A DNA stretch of 64,000 nt, from the NCBI GenBank assembly GCA_964016885.1, contig OZ024743.1, positions 139,066,001 through 139,130,000 of the forward strand, read 5' to 3'. Position numbers and translations under genes: made by a program. Under the pieces are notes generated by a model. That model was not told the origin of the DNA. It saw only the letters and a list, made by a program, of their open reading frames with translations, and did no database searches. This document shows, piece by piece, positions 11,351 to 24,500 of this stretch. Every line of letters starts with the position of its first letter. Within the stretch, counting starts at the first letter, position 1. This DNA is from Eledone cirrhosa. Its lineage: Eukaryota.

Positions 11351-14300
11351 TGGTGTTTGGTGTTTGGTGCTTGGTGTTTGGTACTTGGTGCTTGGTGCTT
11401 GGTGTTAAGTGTTTGGTGCTTGGTGCTTGGTGTTTGGTGCTTCGTGCTTGGTGCTTGGTGTTTGGTGCATGGTGCTTGGTATTTGAGGCTTGGTGCCTGG
11501 TGCTTTGTGTTTGGTGCTAGGTGCTTGGTGCTTGGTCTTTGGTGTTTGGTGCTTGGTGCTTGGTGCTTGGTGCTTGGCGTTTGCTCTATGCTGTTTGGTG
11601 TTTGGTGCTTGCTGTTTGGTGTTTGGTGTTTGGTGTATGGTGTTTGGTGCTTGCTGTTTGGTGCTTGGTGCTTGGTGTTTGGTCTTTGGTGTTTGGTTCT
11701 TGGTGCTTGGTGTTTGGTGCTTGGTGCTTGGTGCTGGGTGTTTGGTGCTTGGTGCTTGGTGTTTGGTGCTTGGTGCTTGGTGTTTGGTACTTGGTGCTTG
11801 GTGTTTGGTGTTTGGTGCTTGCTGTTTGGTGTTTGGTGCTTGCTGTTTGGTGTTTGGTGTTTGGTGTTTGGTGTTTGGTGCTTGCTGTTTGGTGCTTGGT
11901 GTTTGGTGCTTGGTGTATGTACTTGGTGCTTGGTGCTTGGTGTTTGGTGCTTGGTTCTTGGTGTTTGGTGCTTGGTGCTTGGTGCTTGGTGTTTGGTGCT
12001 TGGTGCTTGGTGTTTGGTACTTGGTGCTTGGTGTTTGGTGTTTGGTGCTTCGTGCTTGGTGCTTGGTGTTTGGGGCTTGGTGCCTGGTGCTTGGTGTTTG
12101 GTGCTTGGTGCTTGGTGCTTGGTGTTTGGTGTTTGGTGCTTGGTGCTTGGTGTTTGGTGCTTGGTGTTTGGTGCTTGGTGTATGTACTTGGTGCTTGGTG
12201 CTTGGTGTTTGGTTCTTGGTTCTTGGTGTTTGGTACTTGGTGCTTGGTGTTTGGTGCTTGGTGTTAAGTGTTTGGTGCTTGGTGCTTGGTGTTTGGTGCT
12301 TCGTGCTTGGTGCTTGGTGTTTGGTGCATGGTGCTTGATGTTTGGGGCTTGGTGCCTGGTGCTTGTTGTTTGGTGCTTGGTGCTTGGGGCTTGGTGTTTG
12401 GTGTTTGGTGCTTGGTGTTCGGTGCTTGGTACTTGGTGCTTGGTACTTGGTGTTAGGTTTTTGGTGCTTGGGGCTTGGTGTTTGATGTTTGGTCCTTGGT
12501 GCTTGGTGTTTGGTGTTTGGTGCTTGGTGCTCGGTGTTTCGTGTTTGGTGCTTGCTGCTTGCCGCTTGGTGTTTGGTGCTTGGTGATTGGTGCTTGGTGT
12601 TTGGTGCTTGGTGGTTGGTGCTTGGTGTTTGGTGTTTGGTGCTAGGCGTTTGGTGCTTGGTGTTTGGTGCTTGGTGCTTGGTGTTTGCTGTTTGGTGCTT
12701 GGGGCTTGGGGCTTGGTGTTTGGTGCTTGCTGCCTGGTGTTTGTTGCTTGGTGCTTGGTGCTTGGTGTTTGGTGTTTGGTGTTTGGTGCTTGGTGTTTGG
12801 TGCTTGGTGCTTGGTGCTGGGTGGTTGATGTTTGGTGCTTGGTGCTTGGTGTTTGGTGCTTGGTGCTTGGTGCTTATTGTTTGGTGTTTGGTGCTTGGTG
12901 CTTGGTGTTTGGTGCTTGGTGCTTGGTGCTTGGTGTTTGGTGCTTGGTGCTTGGTGTTTGGTGCTTGGTGCTTGGTGTTTGGTGCTTGGTGTTTGGTGCT
13001 TGGTGCTTGGTGCTTGGTGCTTGGTGTTAGGTGTTTGGTGCTTGGTGCTTGGTGTTTGATGTTTGGTCCTTGGTGCTTGGTGTTTGGTGTTTGGTGCTTG
13101 GTGCTTGGTGTTTGGTGTTTGGTGCTTGCTGCTTGGTGCTTGGTGCTTGGTGTTTGGTGCTTGGTGCTTGGTGTTTGGTGTTTGGCATTTGCTGTTTGCT
13201 GTTTGGTGTTTGGTGTTTGCTGTTTGGTGTTTGCTGTTTGGTGTTTGGTGCTTGGTGCTTGGTGTCTGGTGTTTGGTGCTTGGTGTTTGGATTTTGGTGC
13301 TTGGTGCTTGGTGCCTGGTGTTTCGTGCTTGGTGCTTGGTGCTTGGTGTTTGGTGTTTGGTGCTTGGTGTTTGGTGTTTGGTATTTGGTGCTTGGTGCTT
13401 GGTGCTTGGTGTTTGGTGCTTGGTGCTTGGTGCTTGGTGTTTGATGCTGCGTGCTTGGTGTTTGGTGTTTGGTGCTTGGTGCTTGGTGTTTGGTGTTTGG
13501 AGCTTGGTGCCTGGTGCTTGTTGTTTGGTGCCTGGTGCTTGTTGTTTGGTGTTTGGTGCTTGGTGCTTGGTGTTTGGTGCTTGGTGCTTGGTGCTTGGTG
13601 TTTGGTGCTTGGTGCTTGGTGTTTGGTGCTTGGTGCTTGGTGTTTGGTGCTTGGTGTTTGGTGCTTGGTGCTTGGTGCTTGGTGCTTGGTGTTAGGTGTT
13701 TGGTGCTTGGTGCTTGGTGTTTGATGTTTGGTCCTTGGTGCTTGGTGTTTGGTGTTTGGTGCTTGGTGCTTGGTGTTTGGTGTTTGGTGCTTGCTGCTTG
13801 GTGCTTGGTGCTTGGTGTTTGGTGCTTCGGTCTTGGTTCTTGGTGTTTGGTGCTTGGTGCTTGGTGTTTGGTGCTTGGTGCCTGGTGCTTGGTGTTTGGT
13901 GCTTGGTGCTTGGTGTTTGGTGCTTGGTGCTTGGTGCTTATTGTTTGGTGCTTGGTGCTTGGTGCTTGGTGCTTGGTCTTTGGTGCTTGGTGTTTGGTGT
14001 TTGGTGTTTGTGCTTGGTGCTTGGTGCTTGGTGTTTGGTGCTAGGTGCTTGACGCAGTGTGTTTGGTGCTTGGTGCTTGGTGCTTGGTGATTAGTGTTTG
14101 GTGCTTGGTGCTTGGGGTTTGGTGTTTGGTGTTTGCTGTTTGGTGTTTGCGGTTTGGTGTCTGCTTTTTGGTGTTTGGTGTTTGCTGTATGGTGTTTGCT
14201 GTTTTGTGTTTCGTGTTTGCTGTTTGGTGTTTGGTGCTTGGTGCTTGGTGCTTGGTATTTGGTGCTTGGTGCTTGGTGCTTGGTGTTTGGCGTTTGCTGT

Positions 14301-17300
14301 TTGCTGTTTGCTGTTTGGTATTTGCTGTTTGGTGTTTGCTGTTTGGTGTTTGGTGCTTGGTGCTTGGTGGCTGGTGTTTGGTGCTTGGTGTTTGGATTTT
14401 GGTGCTTGGTGCTTGGTGCTTGGTGCTTGGTGTTTGGTGCTTGGTGCTTGGTGCTTGGTGTTTGATGCTGCGTGCTTGGTGTTTGGTGTTTGGTGCTTGG
14501 TGCTTGGTGTTTGGTGTTTGGAGCTTGGTGCCTGGTGCTTGTTGTTTGGTGCCTGGTGCTTGTTGTTTGGTGTTTGGTGCTTGGTGCTTGGTGTTTGGTG
14601 CTTGGTGCTTGGTGCTTGGTGTTTGGTGCTTGGTGCTTGGTGTTTGGTGCTTGGTGCTTGGTGTTTGGTGCTTGGTGTTTGGTGCTTGGTGCTTGGTGCT
14701 TGGTGCTTGGTGTTAGGTGTTTGGTGCTTGGTGCTTGGTGTTTGATGTTTGGTCCTTGGTGCTTGGTGTTTGGTGTTTGGTGCTTGGTGCTTGGTGTTTG
14801 GTGTTTGGTGCTTGCTGCTTGGTGCTTGGTGCTTGGTGTTTGGTGCTTCGGTCTTGGTGCTTGGTGTTTGGTGCTTGGTGCTTGGTGTTTGGTGCTTGGT
14901 GCCTGGTGCTTGGTGTTTGGTGCTTGGTGCTTGGTGTTTGGTGATTGGTGTTTGGTGTTTGGTGCTTGGTGCTTGGTGCTTGGTGTTAGGTGTTTCGTGC
15001 TTGGTGCTTGGTGTTCGATGTTTGATCCTTGGTGCTTGGTGTTTGGTGTTTGGTGCTTGGTGCTTGGTGTTTGGTGTTTGGTGCTTGGTGCTTGGTGTTT
15101 GGTGCTTGCTGCTTGCTGCTTGGGTTTTGGTGCTTGGTGATTGGTGCTTGGTGTTTTGTGCTTGGTGCTTGGTGTTTGGTGTTTGGTGTTTGGTGCTTGG
15201 TGCTTGGTGCTTGGTGTTTGGTGCTTGGTGATTGGTGCTTGGTGTTTGGTGCTGCGTGCTTGGTGTTTGGTGTCTGGAGTTTGGTGCTTGGTGCTTGGTG
15301 CCTGGTGTTTCGTGCTTGGTGCTTGGTGCTTGGTGTTTGGTGCTTGGTGCTTGGTGTTTGGTGTTTGGTACTTGGTGTTTGGTGCTTGGTGCCTGGTGCT
15401 TGGTGTTTGGTGCTTGGTGCCTGGTGTTTGGTGATTGGTGCTTGGTGTTTGGTGATTGGTGCTTGATGCTTGGTGCTTGGTGTTAGGTGTTTGGTGCTTG
15501 GAGCTTGGTGTTTGATGTTTGGTCCTTGGTGCTTGGTGTTTGGTGTTTGGTGCTTGGTGCTTGGTGTTTGGTGTTTGGTGCTTGCTGCTTGCTGCTTGGT
15601 GTTTGGTGCTTGGTGATTGGTGCTTGGTGTTTTGTGCTTGGTGCTTGGTTTTTGGTGTTTGGTGCTAGGGGCTTAGTGCTTGGTGGTTGGTGTTTGGTGC
15701 TTGGTGCTTGCTGTTTGGTGTTTGGTGCTTGGTGCGTGGGACTTAGTGTTTGGTGTTTGGTGCTTGGTGTTTGGTGCTTGGTGTTTGGGGCTTGGTGTTC
15801 GGTGCTTGGTGCTTGGTGCTTGGGGCTTGGTGTTTGTTGTTTGGTGCTTGGTGCTTGGTCTTTGGTGCTTGGTGTTTGGTGTTTGGTGCTTGGTGCTTGG
15901 TGTTTGGTGCTTGGTGCCTGGTCTTTAGTGTTTGGTGCTTGGTGCTTGGTGTTTGGTGATTGGTGCTTGGTGTTTGGTGTTTGGTGTTTGATGCTTGGTT
16001 TTTGCTGCTTGGTGCTTGGTGCTTGGTGCTTGGTGTTCTGTGTTTGGTGCTTGGTGCTTGGTGCCTGGTGCTTGGTGCTTCGTGCTTGGTGATTAGTCTT
16101 TGGTGCTTGGTGCTTGGTGTTTCGTGTTTCGTGCTTGGTGTCTAGTGTTTGGGTTTTGGTGTTTGGTGCTTGGTGCTTAGTGTTTGGTGTCTGGTGCTTG
16201 GTGCTTGGTGTTTGGTGTTTGGTGCTTGGTGTTTGGTGCTTGGTGCTTTGTGCTTGGTGTTTGGGGCTGGGTGTATGGTGTTTGGTGCTTGGTGCTTGGT
16301 GCTTGGTGGTTGGTGTTTGGTGCTTGGTACTTGGTGTTTGGTGTTTGATGCTTGGTGTTTGATGCTTGTTGCTTGGTGCTTGCTGTTTTGTGTTTGGTGT
16401 TTGGTGCTTGGTGTATGTACTTGGTGCTTGGTGCTTGGTGTCTGGTGCTTGGTTCTTGGTGTTTGGTGCTTGGTGCTTGGTGTTTGGTGCTTGGTGTTTG
16501 GTGTTTGGTGCTTGGTGTTTGGTACTTGGTGCTTGGTGCTTGGTGTTAAGTGTTTGGTGCTTGGTGCTTGGTGTTTGGTGCTTGGTGCTTGGTGCTTGGT
16601 GTTTGGTGCATGGTGCTTGGTGTTTGGGGCTTGGTGCCTGGTGCTTTGTGTTTGGTGCTTGGTGTTCGGTGCTTGGTGCTTGGTGCTTGGTACTTGGTGT
16701 TAGGTTTTTGGTGCTTGGGGCTTGGTGTTTGATGTTTGGTCCTTGGTGCTTGGTGTTTGGTGTTTGGTGCTTGGTGCTCGGTGTTTCGTGTTTGGTGCTT
16801 GCTGCTTGCCGCTTGGTGTTTGGTGCTTGGTGATTGGTGCTTGGTGTTTGGTGCTTGGTGGTTGGTGCTTGGTGTTTGGTGTTTGGTGCTAGGCGTTTGG
16901 TGCTTGGTGTTTGGTGCTTGGTGCTTGGTGTTTGCTGTTTGGTGCTTGGGGCTTGGGGCTTGGTGTTTGGTGCTTCTGCCTGGTGTTTGGTGCTTGGTGC
17001 TTGGTGCTTGGTGTTTGGTGTTTGGTGTTTGGTGCTTGGTGTTTGGTGCTTGGTGCTTGGTGCTGGGTTGTTGATGTTTGGTGCTTGGTGCTTGGTGTTT
17101 GGTGCTTGGTGCTTGGTGCTTATTGTTTGGTGTTTGGTGCTTGGTGCTTGGTGTTTGGTGCTTGGTGCTTGGTGCTTGGTGTTTGGTGCTTGGTGCTTGG
17201 TGTTTGGTGCTTGGTGCTTGGTGTTTGTTGCTTGGTGTTTGGTGCTTGGTGCTTGGTGCTTGGTGCTTGGTGTTAGGTGTTTGGTGCTTGGTGCTTGGTG

Positions 17301-18559
17301 TTTGATGTTTGGTCCTTGGTGCTTGGTGCTTGGTGTTTGGTGCTTGGTGTTTGGTGTTTGGTGCTTGGTGTTTGGTACTTGATGCTTGGTGCTTGGTGTT
17401 AAGTGTTTGGTGCTTGGTGCTTGGTGTTTGGTGCTTCGTGCTTGGTGCTTGGTGTTTGGTGCATGGTGCTTGGTGTTTGGGGCTTGGTGCCTGGTGCTTT
17501 GTGTTTGGTGCTAGGTGCTTGGTGCTTGGTCTTTGGTGTTTGGTGCTTGGTGCTTGGTGCTTGGTGTTTGGTGCTTGGTGCTTGGTGCTTGGTTATTAGT
17601 GTTTGGTGCTTGGTGCTTGGGGTTTGGTGTTTGGTGCTTGGTGCTTGGTGTTTGGTGTTTGCTGTATGGTGTTTGCTGTTTCGTGTTTGGTGTTTGCTGT
17701 TTGGTGTTTAATGCTTGGTGCTTGGTGCTTGGTGTTTGGTGCTTGGTGCTTGGTGCTTGCTGTTTGGCGTTTGCTCTTTGCTGTTTGGTGTTTGGTGTTT
17801 GGTGTTTGGTGTTTGGTGTTTGGTGCTTGCTGCTTGGTGTTTGGTGTTTGGTGCTTGCTGCTTGGTGCTTGGTGCTTGGTGTTTGGTGTTTGGTGTTTGG
17901 TGCTTCGTGTTTGGTGCTTGGTGCTTGGTGCTGGGTGTTTGGTTCTTGGTGCTTGGTGCTTGGTGCTTGATGCTTGGTGCTTGGTGTTTGGTCATTGGTG
18001 CTTGGTGCTTGGTCTTTGGTGCTTGGGGTTTGGTGTTTGGTGCTTGGTGCTTAGTGTTTGGTGCTTGGTGCTTGGTGCTTGGTGTTTGGTGTTTGGTGCT
18101 TTCTGCTTGGTGTATGGTATTTGGTGCTTGGTGCTTGGTGATTAGTGTTTGGTGCATGGTGCTTGGTGTTTGTTGTTTGGTGCTTGGTGCTTGGTGTTTG
18201 GTGCTTGGTGCTTGCTGTTTGGTGTTTGGTGTTTGGTGCTTGGTGCTTGGTGTTTGGTGTTTGGTGTTTGGTGTTTGGTGTTTGGTGCTTGGTGCTTGGT
18301 GTTTGGTGCTTGGTGTTTGGTGCTTGGTGTATGTACTTGGTGCTTGGTGCTTGGTGTTTGGTGCTTGGTTCTTGGTGTTTGGTGCTTGGTGCTTGGTGCT
18401 TGGTGTTTGGTGCTTGGTGCTTGGTGTTTGGTACTTGGTGCTTGGTGCTTGGTGTTTGGTCATTGGTGCTTGGTGCTTGGTCTTTGGTGCTTGGGGTTTG
18501 GTGTTTGGTGCTTGGTGCTTAGTGTTTGGTGCTTGGTGCTTGGGGCTTGGTGTTAAGTG

Positions 18560-21500
18560 TTTGGTGCTTGGTGCTTGGTGTTTGGTGCTTCGTGCTTGGT
18601 GCTTGGTGTTTGGTGCATGGTGCTTGATGTTTGGGGCTTGGTGCCTGGTGCTTGGTGTTTGGTGCTTGGTGTTTGGTGCTTGGTGTTCGGTGCTTGGTGC
18701 TTCGTGCTTGGTGCTTGGTGTTTGGTGCTTGGTGCTTGGTGTTTGGTGCTTGGTTCTTGGTGTTTGGTGCTTCGTGCTTGGTGCTTGGTGTTTGGTGCTT
18801 GGTGCTTGGTGTTTGGTGCTTGGTTCTTGGTGTTTGGTGCTTCGTGCTTGGTGCTTGGTGTTTGGTGCTTGGTGCTTGGTGTTTGGTGCTTGGTGTTTGG
18901 TGTTTGGTGCTTGGTGTTTGGTACTTGGTGCTTGGTGCTTGGTGTTAAGTGTTTGGTGCTTGGTGCTTGGTGTTTGGTGCTTCGTGCTTGGTGCTTGGTG
19001 TTTGGTGCATGGTGCTTGGTATTTGAGGCTTGGTGCCTGGTGCTTTGTGTTTGGTGCTAGGTGCTTGGTGCTTGGTCTTTGGTGTTTGGTGCTTGGTGCT
19101 TGGTGCTTGGTGCTTGGCGTTTGCTCTATGCTGTTTGGTGTTTGGTGCTTGCTGTTTGGTGTTTGGTGTTTGGTGTATGGTGTTTGGTGCTTGCTGTTTG
19201 GTGCTTGGTGCTTGGTGTTTGGTCTTTGGTGTTTGGTTCTTGGTGCTTGGTGTTTGGTGCTTGGTGCTTGGTGCTGGGTGTTTGGTGCTTGGTGCTTGGT
19301 GTTTGGTGCTTGGTGCTTGGTGTTTGGTACTTGGTGCTTGGTGTTTGGTGTTTGGTGCTTGCTGTTTGGTGTTTGGTGCTTGCTGTTTGGTGTTTGGTGT
19401 TTGGTGTTTGGTGTTTGGTGCTTGCTGTTTGGTGCTTGGTGTTTGGTGCTTGGTGTATGTACTTGGTGCTTGGTGCTTGGTGTTTGGTGCTTGGTTCTTG
19501 GTGTTTGGTGCTTGGTGCTTGGTGCTTGGTGTTTGGTGCTTGGTGCTTGGTGTTTGGTACTTGGTGCTTGGTGTTTGGTGTTTGGTGCTTCGTGCTTGGT
19601 GCTTGGTGTTTGGGGCTTGGTGCCTGGTGCTTGGTGTTTGGTGCTTGGTGCTTGGTGCTTGGTGTTTGGTGTTTGGTGCTTGGTGCTTGGTGTTTGGTGC
19701 TTGGTGTTTGGTGCTTGGTGTATGTACTTGGTGCTTGGTGCTTGGTGTTTGGTTCTTGGTTCTTGGTGTTTGGTACTTGGTGCTTGGTGTTTGGTGCTTG
19801 GTGTTAAGTGTTTGGTGCTTGGTGCTTGGTGTTTGGTGCTTCGTGCTTGGTGCTTGGTGTTTGGTGCATGGTGCTTGATGTTTGGGGCTTGGTGCCTGGT
19901 GCTTGGTGTTTGGTGCTTGGTGCTTGGTGCTTGGTGTTTGGTGTTTGGTGCTTGGTGCTTGGTGTTTGGTGCTTGGTGCTTGGTGCTTGGTGTTCGGTGC
20001 TTGGTGCTTGGTGCTTGGTACTTGGTGTTAGGTTTTTGGTGCTTGGGGCTTGGTGTTTCATGTTTGGTCCTTGGTGCTTGGTGTTTGGTGTTTGGTGCTT
20101 GGTGCTTGGTGTTTCGTGTTTGGTGCTTGCTGCTTGCTGCTTGGTGTTTGGTGCTTGGTGATTGGTGCTTGGTGTTTGGTGCTTGGTGATTGGTGCTTGG
20201 TGTTTGGTGTTTGGTGCTAGGTGCTTGGTGCTTGGTGTTTGGTGCTTGGTGCTTGGTGTTTGGTGTTTGGTGCTTGGTGCTTGGGGCTTGGTGTTTGGTG
20301 CTTGCTGCTTGGTGTTTGGTGCTTGCTGCTTGGTGTTTGGTGTTTGGTGTTTGGTGCTTGGTGTTTGGTGCTTGGTGCTTGGTGCTTGGTGTTAAGTGTT
20401 TGGTGCTTGGTGCTTGGTGGTTGGTGCTTCGTGCTTGGTGCTTGGTGTTTGGTGCATGGTGCTTGATGTTTGGGGCTTGGTGCCTGGTGCTTGGTGTTTG
20501 CTGCTTGGTGCTTGGTGCTTGGTGTTTGGTGTTTGGTGATTGGTGCTTGGTGTTTGGTGCTTGGTGTTTGGTGCTTGGTGTTCGGTGCTTGGTGCTTGGT
20601 GCTTGGTACTTGGTGTTAGGTTTTTGGTGCTTGGGGCTTGGTGTTTGATGTTTGGTCCTTGGTGCTTGGTGTTTGGTGTTTGGTGCTTGGTGCTTGGTGT
20701 TTCGTGTTTGGTGCTTGCTGCTTGCTGCTTGGTGTTTGGTGCTTGGTGATTGGTGCTTGGTGTTTGGTGCTTGGTGGTTGGTGCTTGGTGTTTGGTGTTT
20801 GGTGCTAGGTGCTTGGTGCTTGGTGTTTGGTGCTTGGTGCTTGGTGTTTGGTGTTTGGTGCTTGGGGCTTGGGGCTTGGTGTTTGGTGCTTGCTGCTTGG
20901 TGTTTGGTGCTTGCTGCTTGGTGTTTGGTGTTTGGTGTTTGGTGCTTGGTGTTTGGTGCTTGGTGCTTGGTGCTGGGTGGTTGATGTTTGGTGCTTGGTG
21001 CTTGGTGTTTGGTGCTTGGTGCTTGGTGCTTATTGTTTGGTGCTTGGTGCTTGGTGCTTGGTGCTTGGTCTTTGGTGCTCGGTGTTTGGTGTTTGGTGTT
21101 TGGTGTTTGTGCTTGGTGCTTGGTGCTTGGTGTTTGGTGCTAGGTGCTTAACGCTTGGTGTTTGGTGCTTGGTGCTTGGTGCTTGGTGATTAGTGTTTGG
21201 TGCTTGGTGCTTGGGGTTTGGTGTTTTGTGTTTGCTGTTTGGTGTATGCGGTTTGGTGTCTGCTTTTTGGTGTTTGGTGTTTGCTGTATGGTGTTTGCAG
21301 TTTTGTGTTTCGTGTTTGCTGTTTGGTGTTTGGTGCTTGGTGCTTGGTGCTTGGTGTTTGGTGCTTGGTGCTTGGTGCTTGGTGTTTGGCGTTTGCTGTT
21401 TGCTGTTTGCTGTTTGGTGTTTGCTGTTTGGTGTTTGCTGTTTGGTGTTTGGTGCTTGGTGCTTGGTGGCTGGTGTTCGGTGCTTGGTGTTTGGATTTTG

Positions 21501-24500
21501 GTCCTTGGTGCTTGGTGCCTGGTGTTTCGTGCTTGGTGCTTGGTGCTTGGTGTTTGGTGTTTGGTGCTTGGTGTTTGGTGTTTGGTATTTGGTGCTTGGT
21601 GCTTGGTGCTTGGTGTTTGGTGTTTGGTGCTTCGTGCTTGGTGCTTGGTGTTTGGTGCATGGTGCTTGATGTTTGGGGCTTGGTGCCTGGTGCTTGGTGT
21701 TTGGTGCTTGGTGTTTGGTGCTTGGTGTTCGGTGCTTGGTGCTTGGTGCTTGGTACTTGGTGTATGTACTTGGTGCTTGGTGCTTGGTGTTTGGTGCTTG
21801 GTTCTTGGTGTTTGGTGCTTCGTGCTTGGTGCTTGGTGTTTGGTGCTTGGTGCTTGGTGTTTGGTGCTTGGTTCTTGGTGTTTGGTGCTTCGTGCTTGGT
21901 GCTTGGTGTTTGGTGCTTGGTGCTTGGTGTTTGGTGCTTGGTGTTTGGTGTTTGGTGCTTGGTGTTTGGTACTTGGTGCTTGGTGCTTGGTGTTAAGTGT
22001 TTGGTGCTTGGTGCTTGGTGTTTGGTGCTTCGTGCTTGGTGCTTGGTGTTTGGTGCATGGTGCTTGGTGTTTGAGGCTTGGTGCCTGGTGCTTTGTGTTT
22101 GGTGCTAGGTGCTTGGTGCTTGGTCTTTGGTGTTTGGTGCTTGGTGCTTGGTGCTTGGTGTTTGGTGCTTGGTGCTTGGTGCTTGGTTATTAGTGTTTGG
22201 TGCTTGGTGCTTGGGGTTTGGTGTTTGGGGCTTGGTGCTTGGTGTTTGGTGTTTGCTGTATGGTGTTTGCTGTTTCGTGTTTAATGCTTGGTGCTTGGTT
22301 CTTGGTGTTTGGTGCTTGGTGCTTGGTGCTTGGTGCTTGGCGTTTGCTCTTTGCTGTTTGGTGTTTGGAGCTTGCTGTTTGGTGTTTGGTGTTTGGTGTT
22401 TGGTGTTTGGTGCTTGCTGTTTGGTGCTTGGTGCTTGGTGTTTGGTCTTTGGTGTTTGGTTCTTGGTGCTTGGTGTTTGGTGCTTGGTGCTTGGTGCTGG
22501 GTGTTTGGTGCTTGGTGCTTGGTGTTTGGTGCTTGGTGCTTGGTGTTTGGTACTTGGTGCTTGGTGTTTGGTGTTTGGTGCTTGCTGTTTGGTGTTTGGT
22601 TCTTGCTGTTTGGTGCTTGGTGCTTGGTGTTTGGTCTTTGGTGTTTGGTGCTTGGTGCTTGGTGTTTGGTGCTTGGTGCTTGGTGTTTGGTACTTGGTGC
22701 TTGGTGTTTGGTGTTTGGTGTTTGGTGTTTGGTGTTTGGTGCTTGCTGTTTGGTGCTTGGTGTTTGGTGCTTGGTGTATGTACTTGGTGCTTGGTGCTTG
22801 GTGTTTGGTGCTTGGTTCTTGGTGTTTGGTGCTTGGTGCTTGGTGCTTGGTGTTTGGTGCTTGGTGCTTGGTGTTTGGTACTTGGTGCTTGGTGTTTGGT
22901 GTTTGGTGCTTCGTGCTTGGTGCTTGGTGTTTGGGGCTTGGTGCCTGGTGCTTGGTGTTTGGTGCTTGGTGCTTGGTGCTTGGTGTTTGGTGTTTGGTGC
23001 TTGGTGCTTGGTGTTTGGTGCTTGGTGTTTGGTGCTTGGTGTATGTACTTGGTGCTTGGTGCTTGGTGTTTGGTGCTTGGTTCTTGGTGTTTGGTGCTTG
23101 GTGCTTGGTGTTTGGTGCTTGGTGTTAAGTGTTTGGTGCTTGGTGCTTGGTGTTTGGTGCTTCGTGCTTGGTGCTTGGTGTTTGGTGCATGGTGCTTGAT
23201 GTTTGGGGCTTGGTGCCTGGTGCTTGGTGTTTGGTGCTTGGTGCTTGGTGCTTGGTGTTTGGTGTTTGGTGCTTGGTGCTTGGTGTTTGGTGCTTGGTGT
23301 TTGGTGCTTGGTGTTCGGTGCTTGGTGCTTGGTGCTTGGTACTTGGTGTTAGGTTTTTGGTGCTTGGGGCTTGGTGTTTCATGTTTGGTCCTTGGTGCTT
23401 GGTGTTTGGTGTTTGGTGCTTGGTGCTTGGTGTTTCGTGTTTGGTGCTTGCTGCTTGCTGCTTGGTGTTTGGTGCTTGGTGATTGGTGCTTGGTGTTTGG
23501 TGCTTGGTGATTGGTGCTTGGTGTTTGGTGTTTGGTGCTAGGTGCTTGGTGCTTGGTGTTTGGTGCTTGGTGCTTGGTGTTTGGTGTTTGGTGCTTGGTG
23601 CTTGGGGCTTGGTGTTTGGTGCTTGCTGCTTGGTGTTTGGTGCTTGCTGCTTGGTGTTTGGTGTTTGGTGTTTGGTGCTTGGTGTTTGGTGCTTGGTGCT
23701 TGGTGCTTGGTGTTAAGTGTTTGGTGCTTGGTGCTTGGTGGTTGGTGCTTCGTGCTTGGTGCTTGGTGTTTGGTGCATGGTGCTTGATGTTTGGGGCTTG
23801 GTGCCTGGTGCTTGGTGTTTGGTGCTTGGTGCTTGGTGCTTGGTGTTTGGTGTTTGGTGATTGGTGCTTGGTGTTTGGTGCTTGGTGTTTGGTGCTTGGT
23901 GTTCGGTGCTTGGTGCTTGGTGCTTGGTACTTGGTGTTAGGTTTTTGGTGCTTGGGGCTTGGTGTTTGATGTTTGGTCCTTGGTGCTTGGTGTTTGGTGT
24001 TTGCTGCTTGGTGCTTGGTGTTTCGTGTTTGGTGCTTGCTGCTTGCTGCTTGGTGTTTGGTGCTTGGTGATTGGTGCTTGGTGTTTGGTGCTTGGTGGTT
24101 GGTGCTTGGTGTTTGGTGTTTGGTGCTAGGTGCTTGGTGCTTGGTGTTTGGTGCTTGGTGCTTGGTGTTTGGTGTTTGGTGCTTGGGGCTTGGGGCTTGG
24201 TGTTTGGTGCTTGCTGCTTGGTGTTTGGTGCTTGCTGCTTGGTGTTTGGTGTTTGGGGTTTGGTGCTTGGTGTTTGGTGCTTGGTGCTTGGTGCTGGGTG
24301 GTTGATGTTTGGTGCTTGGTGCTTGGTGTTTGGTGCTTGGTGCTTGGTGCTTATTGTTTGGTGCTTGGTGCTTGGTGCTTGGTGCTTGGTCTTTGGTGCT
24401 TGGTGTTTGGTGTTTGGTGTTTGGTGTTTGTGTTTGGTGCTTGGTGCTTGGGGTTTGGTGTTTTGTGTTTGCTGTTTTGTGTATGCGGTTTGGTGTCTGC

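Larger units (their letters stand above)
4748..19905 (+). repeat. Tandem duplication of a 7,540-bp higher-order block (two apparently identical copies)
   Basis: ORFs recur at exactly +7540 with the same translation (4949/12489, 6505/14045, 8609/16149, 10168/17708, 11521/19061). The rare variant GACGCAGTGT occurs only at 6511 and 14051. Identity breaks at ~4747 and ~19906. Confidence 0.95.
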
